The notes under the pieces were generated by a model that was not told the DNA's origin, did no database searches, and saw only the letters and a program-made list of their open reading frames with translations. From positions 62,593,279 to 62,657,278 of the forward strand of contig NC_068985.1 in NCBI RefSeq assembly GCF_001194135.2: a DNA stretch of 64,000 nucleotides, written 5' to 3'. Position 1 is the stretch's first letter. Every line of letters starts with the position of its first letter. A program made the translations under genes and the position numbers. This document shows positions 1 to 11,400 of the stretch, in pieces. The DNA is from Octopus bimaculoides. Taxonomy: Eukaryota.

Positions 1-576
1 TAGCTATGGTCACCAGCCAGTGTCAAATTAATCTCAGAACTTGAGGTAATCCAACGAAGCTACACGAAGAAGCATATAAGCTATTGGGAAAGACTCAAGA
101 GATTAAGACTCTATTCCTTAGAGCGTAGACGAGAACGATATGCCATAATATACATCTGGAAGATCCTCGAAGGAATTGTCCCAAACTTTGGCATCGAAAG
201 TTACACAAATAAAAGAACTGGACGCCATTGCATAGTGCCAAGTACTCCAAATTTGCCATCAAGGTGTAGGACAAGATACTGCAATAGCCTGGGCTTTAGA
301 GGTCCACAACTCTTCAATATCCTCCCGAAGGACTTGAGAGACCTGTATGCGGTGGATGTAGGTGTCTTCAAGATGAGGCTGGAACTCTTCCTGTCAGGTG
401 TCCCAGATGAACCAACTTCACGGCAGAAGGTGCAGATGAGAGCAGCTGCATCAAACTCTCTCATGTACCAAATGTCAATTCCTGAAGTAAAATTGTGTAG
501 CAACACCAAATGGCGGTGCCCCAGCATGGCAACAGCTCATGAGCTGAAACTAGATAAAATGAAAATGAAATGAAAT
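1..576 (+). mobile_element. 3' end of a CR1/L2-group LINE (C-terminus of ORF2, 3'UTR, (GAAAT)n tail)
   Basis: The DNA reads LRLYSLERRRERYAIIYIWKILEG, then RTRYCNSLGFRGPQLFNILP...FLSGVPDEP (ORF 235-573). It ends in GGCGGTGCCCCAGCATGGC...CTGAAAC followed by GAAAT repeats. Confidence 0.8.
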
Positions 577-927
577 ATATGTACATATCAAAATAAGCCA
601 CAGGATATCAAGAAGTGATGTAGTACGACCATTTCAAGTGGCTCCATTTAATTGAACAATGCAATCATTGCATCAATTTATATGCAGGGCTATCCTCAGC
701 TGCATAAATAAATAGAATTTTTAATCGGTTGGACACATTAATATAATTTTACTCAAATTCTCTAATAGAGCAAGAAGAGGGAAAGAGTACATGTTGCTAC
801 TAATGTAGCTAAGACTATATATATCTATAAATATAATATGTAACAATTAGTTGGTTGTCATAATGAAATTGAGTTTCGTATGCCAGGCCTGAAATCTGCT
901 CCGGCATCTCATCAGTTATTAAGACAA

Positions 928-928
928 A

Positions 929-996
<68 letters not shown>
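928..996. repeat. (TA)n microsatellite, one example of dozens of TA/TG/CA/GAT tracts in the window
   Basis: Direct perfect dinucleotide run. Confidence 0.95.
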
Positions 997-997
<1 letters not shown>

Positions 998-1233
998 TCG
1001 TTTACTTGTTTCAGTCATTTGACTGCGGCCATGCTAGAGCACCGCCTTCAGTCGAAGAAATTGACCCCAGGACTTATTGTTTGTAAGCCTAGTACTTATT
1101 CTATCGTTCTTTTTGCCAAACCGCTAAGTTACGGGGACGTGAACACACCAGCATCGGTTGTTAAGCGATGTTGGGGGACAAACACACACACACAAACAAA
1201 CAAACAAACACACATATATACGACGGACTTCTT
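997..1233 (-). mobile_element. SINE 3' half (central microsatellite plus LINE-related tail), 5'-truncated
   Basis: Reverse strand reads AAGAAGTCCGTCGTATATATG..(TG)n..GTCCCCCAACATCGCTT...GTAACTTAGCGG...GGCGGTGCTCTAGCATGGCCGCAGTCAAATGACTGAAAC. The same family recurs at 39.4-39.7 kb and 40.9-41.07 kb. Confidence 0.8.
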
Positions 1234-1270
1234 ATATATATATATATATATATATATAGATATAGATATA

Positions 1271-1775
1271 TTTTTTATTCTCAAGCGCGTGACAATGCTA
1301 ATAAAATAGTGTGAACAGGATAAATTATCCATACATTGCAGAAAAATACGTTACCGGCCAGCCATGAGACTCGAACTCACATCCCTGTGATTATGCGTCA
1401 AGTGCTTTACCATTAAGCTAAACTGCCCAGTAATGAATTCTTCTGCAATTTTATAACTTATAAATTTAGCTTCATAAGACGCTAACGTTAAATTCAACTT
1501 ACGATGAAAGTAAATAAACAAAGTTTGTTTTAGAAGAGTTGAGATGTATTGAAAGATACAGAAATAAATTTTTTATCCTCAAACGCGTGATAATGCTAAT
1601 AAAATAGCGTGAACAGGATAAATTATCCATAGATTGCAGAAAAATACGTTACCGGCCATCCATGAGACTTGGACTCACATCCCTGTGATTACATGTCTTA
1701 TGAAGCTAAATTTATAGTTCTAAAATTGCAGAAGAATTCGTTTAGGCAGTTTAGCTTAATGGTAAAGCACTTGAC
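1271..1775 (-). repeat. Two ~300 bp units containing a degenerate tRNA-like sequence (1356-1428); part of the second unit is inverted
   Basis: Minus strand GGCAGTTTAGCTTAATGGTAAAGC...GTGAGTTCGAGTCTCA has A and B boxes and D and T arms. 1271-1399 is repeated at about 1569-1697, and 1698-1775 is the reverse complement of about 1397-1477. Confidence 0.7.
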
Positions 1776-2926
1776 AAGGCCTTCAACAACGTTGATCATG
1801 GCATGATATGTCACAAGCTACGAAACCTTGGTATTACCGGGAAACTGGGAGTGAAGGGCAGGGGTCAGACAGTTGTAGCCAATGGTGCTGACTCTGAAGG
1901 GGCACCAATTTTCAGTGGAGTCCCACAGTGAAATGTACTGCAGTCACTACTATCTGTGGTGGCCCTCCACATGCCTTCCACGGTACAGTCAGCCAATCTG
2001 ATTAGTTATGCTGACGAGACAAAAGTATCACAGGCAGTTAGGAACCCAGAGGACATCATAAAATTGCAGAAAGACCTGAATGAAATCTACAAATGGGCAA
2101 ACAAAAATAATATGCAGTTCAATGCTATGAAATTTCAGGCACTCCACTATCGGTTCAACACCAGGCTAAACTCAGAATACACTGGACCTGAAGGTAATAT
2201 GAGATTAGAGTTGGAGTTGGTGCATGAACAAAGATGCAACATTCCATGTGCATATTGCCGTGATGGCAATGCTGTGCAGGCAAGTGGCTAGATGGATTCT
2301 GATGGCATTCAGAACCAGGAGAAGGGAGGCCCTGCTACTCCTATGGAAGACTTTCGTTCTCAGCCGCTTGGACTACTGCTCTTAAATATAGTCCCCAGAG
2401 AGTGTGAAACAAACTGTGAAATTTGAAGCAAGCCAGTGCCAATACACAAAGAAGATTGACTCAATGCAAAAGATGAGCTACTGGAAGAGGCTAAAGGAGC
2501 TGAGTCTCTATTCCCCGGAGAGAAGACAAGAGATATGCAGTGATATATATTTGGAATATCTTGGAGGGTTTAGCTCCCTATATTGGAATTGACAGCAATA
2601 CCAATCCTCGAACTGGACAGCACTGCATCATACCAAAGATCCTGTATTCCCCATCTAGAATAAGGACACAGTACTGCAATAGTCTGGGTTTCAAGAGCCT
2701 GCAATTATTCAACATCCTTCCAGGCAGCCTTAGAGATCTATATGGGGTTGATGTGGAAGTTTTCAAGGAACATTTGGACAGGTTTCTATCTGAGATACCA
2801 GGTGAACCCACATCGCGGCAGGAGACACAAAGAAGAGCAGTTCCATCGAACTCACTATAACAATCCCTAGAGGTGGTGCACCAGCATGACCTCAGTCCTG
2901 GGCTGAAACCAGTAAGAGATAAAAGA
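1776..2926 (+). mobile_element. Degenerate CR1/L2-group LINE, RT domain to 3' tail
   Basis: KAFNNVDHGMICHKL, SGVPQ and SYADETKV RT motifs; C-terminal RTQYCNSLGFKSLQLFNILP homologous to the 1-576 copy; same 3' tail. Confidence 0.85.
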
Positions 2927-2936
2927 TGTATGTATG

Positions 2937-4781
2937 TATTAGACAAAATTAGATAACAAAGCCAAGGCTGTGAGGAGTTTTCAGGACATTTATAAGGAAA
3001 AAGATATATAGTCTTATAGCTGTTTCTGGGATATTATGGATATCCTTTCATCAGAGATGACGTGAGTTGGTTAAATAGAGGTAAATATTTGAGTTCAAAA
3101 TAACTTAGACCTTTCTATCCCCATCTCTAACCTCTCCTCTGACAGTATTACCTCCTCCGTTCCTGAAAATAATCCCCAAAATACACCCACTTGTAACTGC
3201 CGTCCTGGGTCCATCTGCCCTCTTCAAACCCATTGTAGAAGACCTAATGTAATTTATAAATGCACCGTCCTCAACACATTACACAATTCTACAGTTATAT
3301 ATATATAGGGTTAACCATCACTTTTAAACAGCGATATGCTGCTCATCTCAATTCTTTTAGTTACGAGAAACACAATAATTCCACCAAATTTTGTCATGGT
3401 CCATAATAGATTGAGGGCTTCCATACTAAGGTCAAAGCTTAGCCTGTAAGCTATGCCTAAAAGAAGCATTCCACATATTAAAACACAACTCCTCGACACT
3501 ACTAAATAAATATAATGAGGCTCTAAGTACATGCAACCACCACTTTTTTCATACTTTCAAATTTTACCACAAATCTAAATACAACTTAAATAATGACACA
3601 GCATATTTCTACTACACCCCTTAGGTAATCCCCAACAACCCTACTGGACTTTCTTTTATCACCATTTTAATTTTTAATCCTTAATTTTTTAACTCCCCTA
3701 TCTTACTTTAAGGATCTCATATGCATGTGTATGTATATGCGTGTGTGTGTATATATATATATGTATGTGTATATATATGTGTCTATGTATTTGCATGTGT
3801 ATATATATGTGTGTATATGTATGTATGCATATGCGCACATATATATGTACATGTGTGCGCGCATATGTATGTCATTATACCTTCTTCCCTCCTCAAATTC
3901 TACTTATCACACTAACCCATACAATCACATATGTCTATTTATAGAAATTTAACATCCTTGTATTCTTCCTTCCACTTTAAAATATACTACTAAAATTGCT
4001 ATTCCCTTAGGTAATACCCCACCCATACCTTTCTCTACCTATCCCTTAATGCAGCTCTATCATATCACCCCTACTCACACATCTCACATTCATTCACTCC
4101 TTACCTTCTCATCTCTTCCTATCCCTCCCCCATTCCTCTCCCATCCTCCCCTCACATTATCTTGACCACCAATTAACACTCCTTTTCACACTGTTTTCAC
4201 CCTTTCTTCCCTTTCTTTCACTATTTTCCCTTTTTCTCTTTCTTCCTCTCATTTTCTCTTCCTGTTTTCATTTTGACATATCGCCTCATTCTAAGCATAT
4301 ACATCTCCACACACACACACACATATGTATCCACAAATATTATCAATGCATTCTCAAATTTTCATTCACACCACAAGACCCTTTCAAATTAGCAACACAG
4401 AATCCACGGCTCCATACTTTGAAATTGTTAAACATGAACTACTGTTGGAACTTACATACTATGTGCAGAAATTTTTTTGCCACTTCTATCCACCACTTTC
4501 CTCGAATAATGGAACTGCAACTACAATATCTTTATATATTTTATATTTTGACTTCTTTCATTCTCTTATTTCCCTCTATATTCCCTATCTCCTCCTTTTC
4601 CATAATAATTCCTTATTTCGAACTCAAATATTTACTTCTATTTAACCATATCTGATGAAGGGATATGAATAAATCGATAATATCCCAGAAGTAGCTGTAA
4701 GACTATATCTATATCTTTTTCCTTATAAATGTCCTGAAAACTCCTCACAGCCTTGGCTTTGTTATCTCATTTTCTCTAATA
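2937..4781 (+). mobile_element. 5'-truncated Penelope-like element with inverted terminal (pLTR) copies
   Basis: GIY-YIG region TCNCRPGSICPL..CRRPNVIYKCTV..YIGLT..FKQRYAAH at about 3190-3520. The ~120 bp segments 2937-3054 and 4651-4781 are reverse complements. Confidence 0.75.
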
Positions 4782-5139
4782 TATATATATATGCATGCTA
4801 ATACAAGACCCATATTAGACTCCTTACTTGTATCATTATCAAACCAAGAGTTTAACTACGGTCTGTTCATAGCACTTACTTAGCATTAGCTGCCACTCCT
4901 TGGGTCTCCTAGATACTAACACNNNNNNNNNNNNNNNNNNNNNNNNNNNNNNNNNNNNNNNNNNNNNNNNNNNNNNNNNNNNNNNNNNNNNNNNNNNNNN
5001 NNNNNNNNNNNNNNNNNNNNNNNNNNNNNNNNNNNNNNNNNNNNNNNNNNNNNNNNNNNNNNNNNNNNNNNNNNNNNNNNNNNNNNNNNNNNNNNNNNNN
5101 NNNNNNNNNNNNNNNAGAAGTAGATCATTGGTGATTTAA

Positions 5140-6928
5140 AGTCATTTAATAAAGATGAGAGTATGATTACAGCTGTTTCAGTATATCAAGCTGGGGTAAA
5201 TTTACATTTACCTCGTTCCAATAAGTAGACTTTATCAGAACGATTATATGGCAAAGATAAATAAAAGGAAGTAGAAAAAAGATGTAAGGAAAGGAATGGA
5301 GAAAAAAAAGAAGTAAAATGTTCGTTTATCCAATAGTCTTACATTTTAGTGAGGTCCATAATTCCATATATCAGTTGGAGGATAGAAGAGAAGAGGGTTA
5401 GTTAAATCCAAGGTCTTATAATTATTTAGTTTCATAATTCCACGTGTCGTAGGTTCTAACCTCTGGAGCTAATTGCTAGTTGACCGTCAGTGTAATCCGA
5501 GGGAGTTATTGCTATTGGGGATATCTAGTGTAGTTAATTGGACCTATGTGACACTAATTTATAGCCTGTAAGTTAGTTCCTGTATTTTCAATGGAAGCCG
5601 TAGTATAAGGCTAAGGTTATTATTTAAAATGTATACTATAATGGGCCACGTAAAGGAACTATAGAAAGGGATGAAGAGTGCAGAGAAAAACAATACGATT
5701 TATAGGAAAATTTTAGCATGTAAAGTGGGTCAGTAGTCTAGCTATCAAATGGAATTAGATTATAGGAAAATTGTGCCAAAAAGCTCAGTAATTAGTTTAT
5801 GATGCGGGGTACAGTTGAGTAACGATAATTAGTACATAGGAGGGTTAGGAGGAGGTAATAAGAAGTTAAGTAGGTTCGTTAATAACCTGTAAAATAGGGT
5901 TAGTGAATTTTAAAGGATAAATAGGGTTTAGCGGTATTTTGAGAATACGAATCTGGTTTATGCAAACAAAAAATACTATTCTTGTGGCTTTTATTAAGTA
6001 GAGGTGATTTGGCCTTTAAAACAAAGAATTTTTTGTTTATACAGAGCTCACAGCGATTACTCTTAATGTTATATGAGGTAGTTTTGGCTTGGATGCGCCA
6101 TTCTAACCTATCGTTAATATTTTTGCCTCTGAGTTCTCAAATGTAACTACTAAGTCCGGTAGAGTTCGCTTTACTTCTATTTCTGAAACTAGATCGGTGG
6201 GAATTATATCTAAGTATCATTTCTTTTTTAATTTCTTGAAATTATTTGCGAATATTGGAGAATTCGCAATTGCTTTTATCTCTGCAGCCACATAAATTAT
6301 TAAGCTTATCTGTGCGTATGTTGTGTTGAGGGAGGTTATTATTTATAAGGTTGTTGTCTGCGTTATTTGAGGGTGAGTTATTAGGGATGACATTTATTAT
6401 ATCTGTCAATTGGCTGCTATGTTTTATGTAGTTATTTTTCCTAGTTTCATAGAAGGCATTTAGCTTTTTATTGTTGATCGAGGCTATGATAGTAGCTAGG
6501 TTGCTAGTTAAGCTATATCCTGCTCTTATTTTTATTCCTAAAGATGTATGAGTATTTGTTATTTAAGTTCAAGCGCTTATCAATAAGTCTCATTATAGAA
6601 TGTACTATGTTTGTTTTAAGCTGCATCGCGAAAGGGATTATTAACCAGATATTATCCTTGTTTCATTTGTATTTAATATTATTCTTGGTGTAGAAACGGT
6701 CCTCGGTATTCTTGTAGAGCGTAAAGTTATGGTTATGATTATTATTATTCTTTCTATAGTTATATTTATTATTATTATTACTACCAGTTTTATTGGGGTT
6801 GTTACTGTACGGTTTATTTAATTTATATTGCTTGGTATTATCATTCTTAACAGGGGTTATATTGGTTCTTAGAGGTGTATTATTTTTATTCGTATTTATA
6901 TTTATATTTTTATTATTATTCATGTTAG
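5140..6928 (-). mobile_element. Penelope-like element relic (RT C-terminus, GIY-YIG endonuclease, AT-rich 3' region)
   Basis: Minus-strand translation gives an N-rich linker (ORF 6663-6923), IWLIIPFAMQLKTNIV, and HRSSFRNRSKANSTGLSSYI*EL...LEWRI...RCELC, typical of PLE endonuclease C-termini. Confidence 0.75.
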
Positions 6929-8140
6929 TGTAGGGAAGTAGACATACACCATTCTGTGTATCCCAATTCCGTGCATTAAATTTCTTAAGGAAGAAAACGG
7001 AACGCAGACTCTAAACTAAACTGCACAACAAATATTTTATTACAGCAGAAATCCACTCACACTAGGAGGGGATTCGGTAGCATGTCGCCTTTTGGTTAGA
7101 TGAGACGTCGTCAATGAAGTCGCGTGGTTAGAAGGCATTTTCCTCCTCTCTGGTTATCTATGTGAATCCATTGTAGAGTCGACGGAGAGCTGCTATTGTT
7201 ACGTCTAGCTTCCAACGCAGTCCAACGGGGGGAACGCTTGGATATTGGATGACCACGTATGCGCATGGGGGACTTCCTGCATTCCTTCTGGAAGACTAGT
7301 CCCTGCGCATGCGTGGATAAACTCTCCAAAATGGCGACTGGTATTAGACGCCACTACATGGCTCCCCCTCGAGTGCAGAAGCACGAAAATGCAAAAATTG
7401 GAGTGGCGCCTGAGGCAAGATGGCTACCGAAAACACCCACAAGATGTGGCACAAATATATAAAGAAAAATCAAAGAAATGATGTGCAATAGTGAAATACA
7501 TGCATGCAATGTACAGAAGAATTGAGGAAAAAGGCATGCAAGGAAATGGGCAGTAAGTGCCAACTAGTGGAAAACTGAAATAGACAATAACAAAACAACC
7601 GTGATGAAAACTGTCCAGGAAACTGGAATCGCGCGATGTAAAAGTCTGATTTTTTTTCTGAAAGAAAAAAAATGTTCAATAAGAAAGCACTAAAATTGAC
7701 CAATGAAACACAATAAAGTTCAATGTAAATTGTCTTTGCCGGTTTCTTTGGCTAGTGTACAGTTCGGCCAGACCTAGTAAGATAGTGTTTGTTCAAGGCA
7801 GGTTGCGACGACGAAGGTGGTGTTGGTAATGGTGTATGTGTTGGTGATGGTGTTGGCAAAGGTGTATTTAATGGGTCAAAGGCAAGCATAACAGTGGTGT
7901 CAACGAAAGATGAAGGACCTTCAACATAAGCTTTTTTTAGCCGGTCTACAGACACAGTCTCTGTACGATCATTAACGTCAATTTTGAATACTTTCGGTGT
8001 GCGAGAAAGCACACGAAAGGGTCCTTTATAAGGAGAAACGAAAGGTCCTTTGGCAGAATCCTCTCGAACAAAAACATGCGTCCAAAAGTCGAGATTTGAT
8101 GGCACTTTAGAAGGTGGAGATTGGAGATTTGATTTTAATC
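6929..8140 (-). mobile_element. Gypsy 3' fragment: integrase C-terminus, PPT and 3' LTR (6929-7358)
   Basis: ORF 7752-8105 has the GPY/F-type motif PYKGPFRVL...VSVDRLKKAY. PPT GAGGGGGAGCCA precedes an LTR running TGTAG...CTACA on the minus strand. Confidence 0.8.
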
Positions 8141-8240
8141 ACCTTATTTTAAAACTGTATAGATAATACCGTATTAAATTCTGGTGCATCAACTTAAGTA
8201 CCTAATTCATCTGAATCTAAATTTGTGCATATATATATAT

Positions 8241-8271
8241 GGAGTGGCTGTATGGTAAGTAGCTCGCTTAC
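8241..8271 (+). mobile_element. 5' stub (A-box) of a tRNA-derived SINE
   Basis: GGAGTGGCTGTATGGTAAGTAGCTCGCTTAC resembles the head of the SINE family also seen at 16650-16780. Confidence 0.6.
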
Positions 8272-11142
8272 TTCTGTCGTTGTCGGACGTGTTTTTGGTG
8301 AGTTGAACATTTTGTTCAAAATTAGATTGTTGCTATTGAAATTATTGTTGTCGTGTCAAATATTTTCGAGTTGTTGAAAATTGTAAAATTGTTGAACTGT
8401 TGATATTCTTTGTGCCTTTCCCCGGTGACGGGAGAAAGGAATTGTTTGTGTAGAGCCATTTTTATATGCTAAAAATTGAACATTTTAAAGCCATTGTAGG
8501 CTTATCGTTGCGCCCACCCCCACCCCCAGCGAGGGGGATATGAACTGTTATTTATTTTTGAACTGTTATCCTCGTTAAGAGGGGGGAAAAACACAATATA
8601 GGTTTCCCGTTTTGAGGGATTCATTTATGCTGTAGGATTTATTTAATTTTGAACTGTTAAGAGGAAAAAGCACAACATAAGTTTCCCATCTTTGATGTGT
8701 TCTGTGCTGTGTAGGGAAACTAAACTTCAGCCGTTGTAGGCTTTATTATTTGAACTATTGTCCTCATTAAGAGGGAGAAAAAAACAGATTATAGGTTTCC
8801 CGTTTTGGAAAAGTAAGCTCGTTACAGGCTCTACTACTACACCCCACCCCCAACGGGGGTAGGATTTGAACTGGTATCCTCTTTAAGAGGGAAAGAAAAC
8901 ATAGGTTTCCCGTTTTAGGAAAAATAATTGAAAATTTTTCTGTGTAAGAATTAATTTCAACCGAGTATGTCGGTCGAAATAATTCAACAAGCAAAACCGC
9001 TGGATGAGCCAGCAAAAAAGTTCGAGGCAGTAGCCGCTGCATCATGTGAAAACGTGATAATACAAACGGAGAAGCTCTCCGAGCTTTTTGAAAGAATGAA
9101 AGAGGAGGATGGGGATATAAAGATCTCACCCTCCCCTAGTGTTGAAACCACGAAGAGAAGGACAGTCGTTTACAAAACGTACTGTCCTTCATCGAAAAGA
9201 TTTAAGCACTTCGAAACGTGCGAAATAGAAAAATGCCTGGCCCCTATATGGAAAGACATAAAGTCCATAGCGAGAGATCGGACATATGGAACAATTGAGG
9301 CCAGATTTGAGACGGCCGAAAAAGCCCAAGAGTACTTAGTGAGTCCCCTGAAAACGAAAGAAGTGGTGCTGCTCCCAACCTACATGAGAAGGAGAACAGC
9401 ACGAGTGAAAGTAATAGAAGTACCACCAGAAATTGAGGCAAGGGAGGTGATGGCCGCCCTGTTGTATAACAAGACGGACAAAATTACCTTCCTCCAAATC
9501 ACGTACACTGCCCCACAAAATTGGCACGGGCAGAGCATCTCCGCTATTATTCAGGGAACTCAGGAAGATATCGAAATGCTTCCAGATAGAGTGCTCTTGG
9601 GTGAGGATATTGCCCTCAGAATTCAAGTAGAGGGCAAAAAGCCCACGGGATCTTTTCCCTTTGAACGGTACATCGAGAAATTAATTTTTTGTGACTAAAC
9701 ACTTTCAAACTTCGGACACTGGTAGAATGTGTCATATAAAATATCTTTTACTCTTAGTGATGTTAAGAAAAGTTTATATTTTCAAAGATCCCGCCCCACA
9801 TTCCCAAAAGAGAAAATAAAAGACGGAACAAAAACCCTAGTAAAAATTAATACCAGGGATAAAAATATCAAGGACACTTTGAAGAACCACCACTCCGTAG
9901 AGCTGTTGCAGCTGCCCGAAGGCATGGAAGAGAGATGTACCTGGATAACCGGAAAACTGTTTAAGGAAATGAAGCATAGGCATCCGAAAACCATTGAGAG
10001 TATTCCGGACCTCCCGCAGTATTTGAAGGAGCAGGAGGAAAGGGCTACCTCACACGTGACGAGGTCAGCCCCTTCATCACCAATAAAAGCAAAAGTAAAA
10101 GAGTAAGTAGAACCCTTGCTTTTCTTTTGTTTTGAATGACTGCACTTAACCTTGGGTGTTTGAATGTGCGTGGTCTGAGCTCGAGGTGGAAGCAAGCTTG
10201 TTTCCTCGACAACCTCAGATCATACGATATGCATGTGATGGAAGATACAGAGACCAAGCTGGACAGTCTACAAGCCTTCTCGCCCCTCATGAATGACTAT
10301 GAGAAAATCATGTCTCCTAGCCAGACCGGAAGGAGGAGGTGAAGTAGTACTTGTTCGAGAAGGCTTGGCTCTGCAGACAAGTACAGTCTATGTAGACCCA
10401 GAAGGTGGGCTGGTCGTACTTGATGTGACATACAGCAGTAAGGCCTTCAGGTTGATCAGGATCTATGCACCTTGTGCTAGAGGATTTCAAACTGATTTTT
10501 ATCGGCGCCTAGAGAACTTTCTCGTGCCGTCGAAGACATTAGTGGTGTTAGGAGACTATAACGCTATCGTTGACGCACGCATCGATAGCGTTGGCTCAAT
10601 CCATAGGAAAGTGAACTCGCGTCTCATAGATCTGCTTAAGCATTTTCAGCTGGCAGATAGGTACAGACTTGACTATCCGAACGTCCCAGAGTGGACCTGG
10701 ATGAGTGGCGACGGAAGGTTCAAGTCTTACTTAGATAGGATAGTGATAGAGACTGGAGATAAGTCTAGTTTTAGCTAGCCACAGCTCGTCCAAGTAGCTT
10801 ACACTGACCATAGAATGGTCAAGTGTACACTGGACGTAGATAGTACAATTAAGAGAGGATCCGGCTACTGGAAGCTGAACAAGTCTATTTTGACTTGTGA
10901 GGCAGACCGTAGCCGGATTAAGGGATTAGTACAGAGGGCGTTAACTGGCGCTGTGGTTAACAACCGATGGTGGTTCGCCCTCAAGAGAGCCATTCGTTTT
11001 GAGTCTATTAGGTTTAGCCGTCAGCTAAGCCTAGTTAAGGCCAGTATAGAAGGGCAACTAGTTAAGGACCTAGAGGAGACGTTGAGGTTGGGGTCTGCAT
11101 CTCACATTTTGGCAGCGAGAACGGCCTTGGACCGTCACCTCA
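8272..11142 (+). mobile_element. L1/Tx1-clade LINE, 5' half: 5'UTR, ORF1 (8967-9698), APE endonuclease of ORF2 (10136-11142), cut by an assembly gap
   Basis: LGCLNVRGL, ETKLD, IYAP, LGDYN, WTW..SYLDRI, TDH and RGSGYWKLNKSIL are L1/Tx1 ORF2 endonuclease motifs, with a frameshift and a stop. ORF1 is RRM-like (inferred). Confidence 0.8.
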
Positions 11143-11243
11143 ANNNNNNNNNNNNNNNNNNNNNNNNNNNNNNNNNNNNNNNNNNNNNNNNNNNNNNNNN
11201 NNNNNNNNNNNNNNNNNNNNNNNNNNNNNNNNNNNNNNNNNNN

Positions 11244-11400
11244 TACACTCTTGAAGTGGTTGGTGTTAGGAAGGGCATCCAGCCATAGAAACCCATGTCA
11301 AATCAGACTGGAGCAGGGCGTAGCCTTCCAGGATGCCAGCCCAGTCAAATTGCCCAACCCATGCCAGCATGGACAATGGACGTTAAATGATGATGATGAT

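Noticed and set aside
1356-1428. Functional tRNA gene with a CAT anticodon
   Set aside because: The acceptor and anticodon stems are mispaired and U33 is absent. It is treated as tRNA-derived repeat sequence.
8540-8920. Repeat-spacer-like pattern suggesting a CRISPR array (also the 62 bp repeats at 60724-60910)
   Set aside because: The repeats are degenerate and long, the 'spacers' are related to each other or absent, there are no cas genes, and the context is a eukaryotic retrotransposon UTR.
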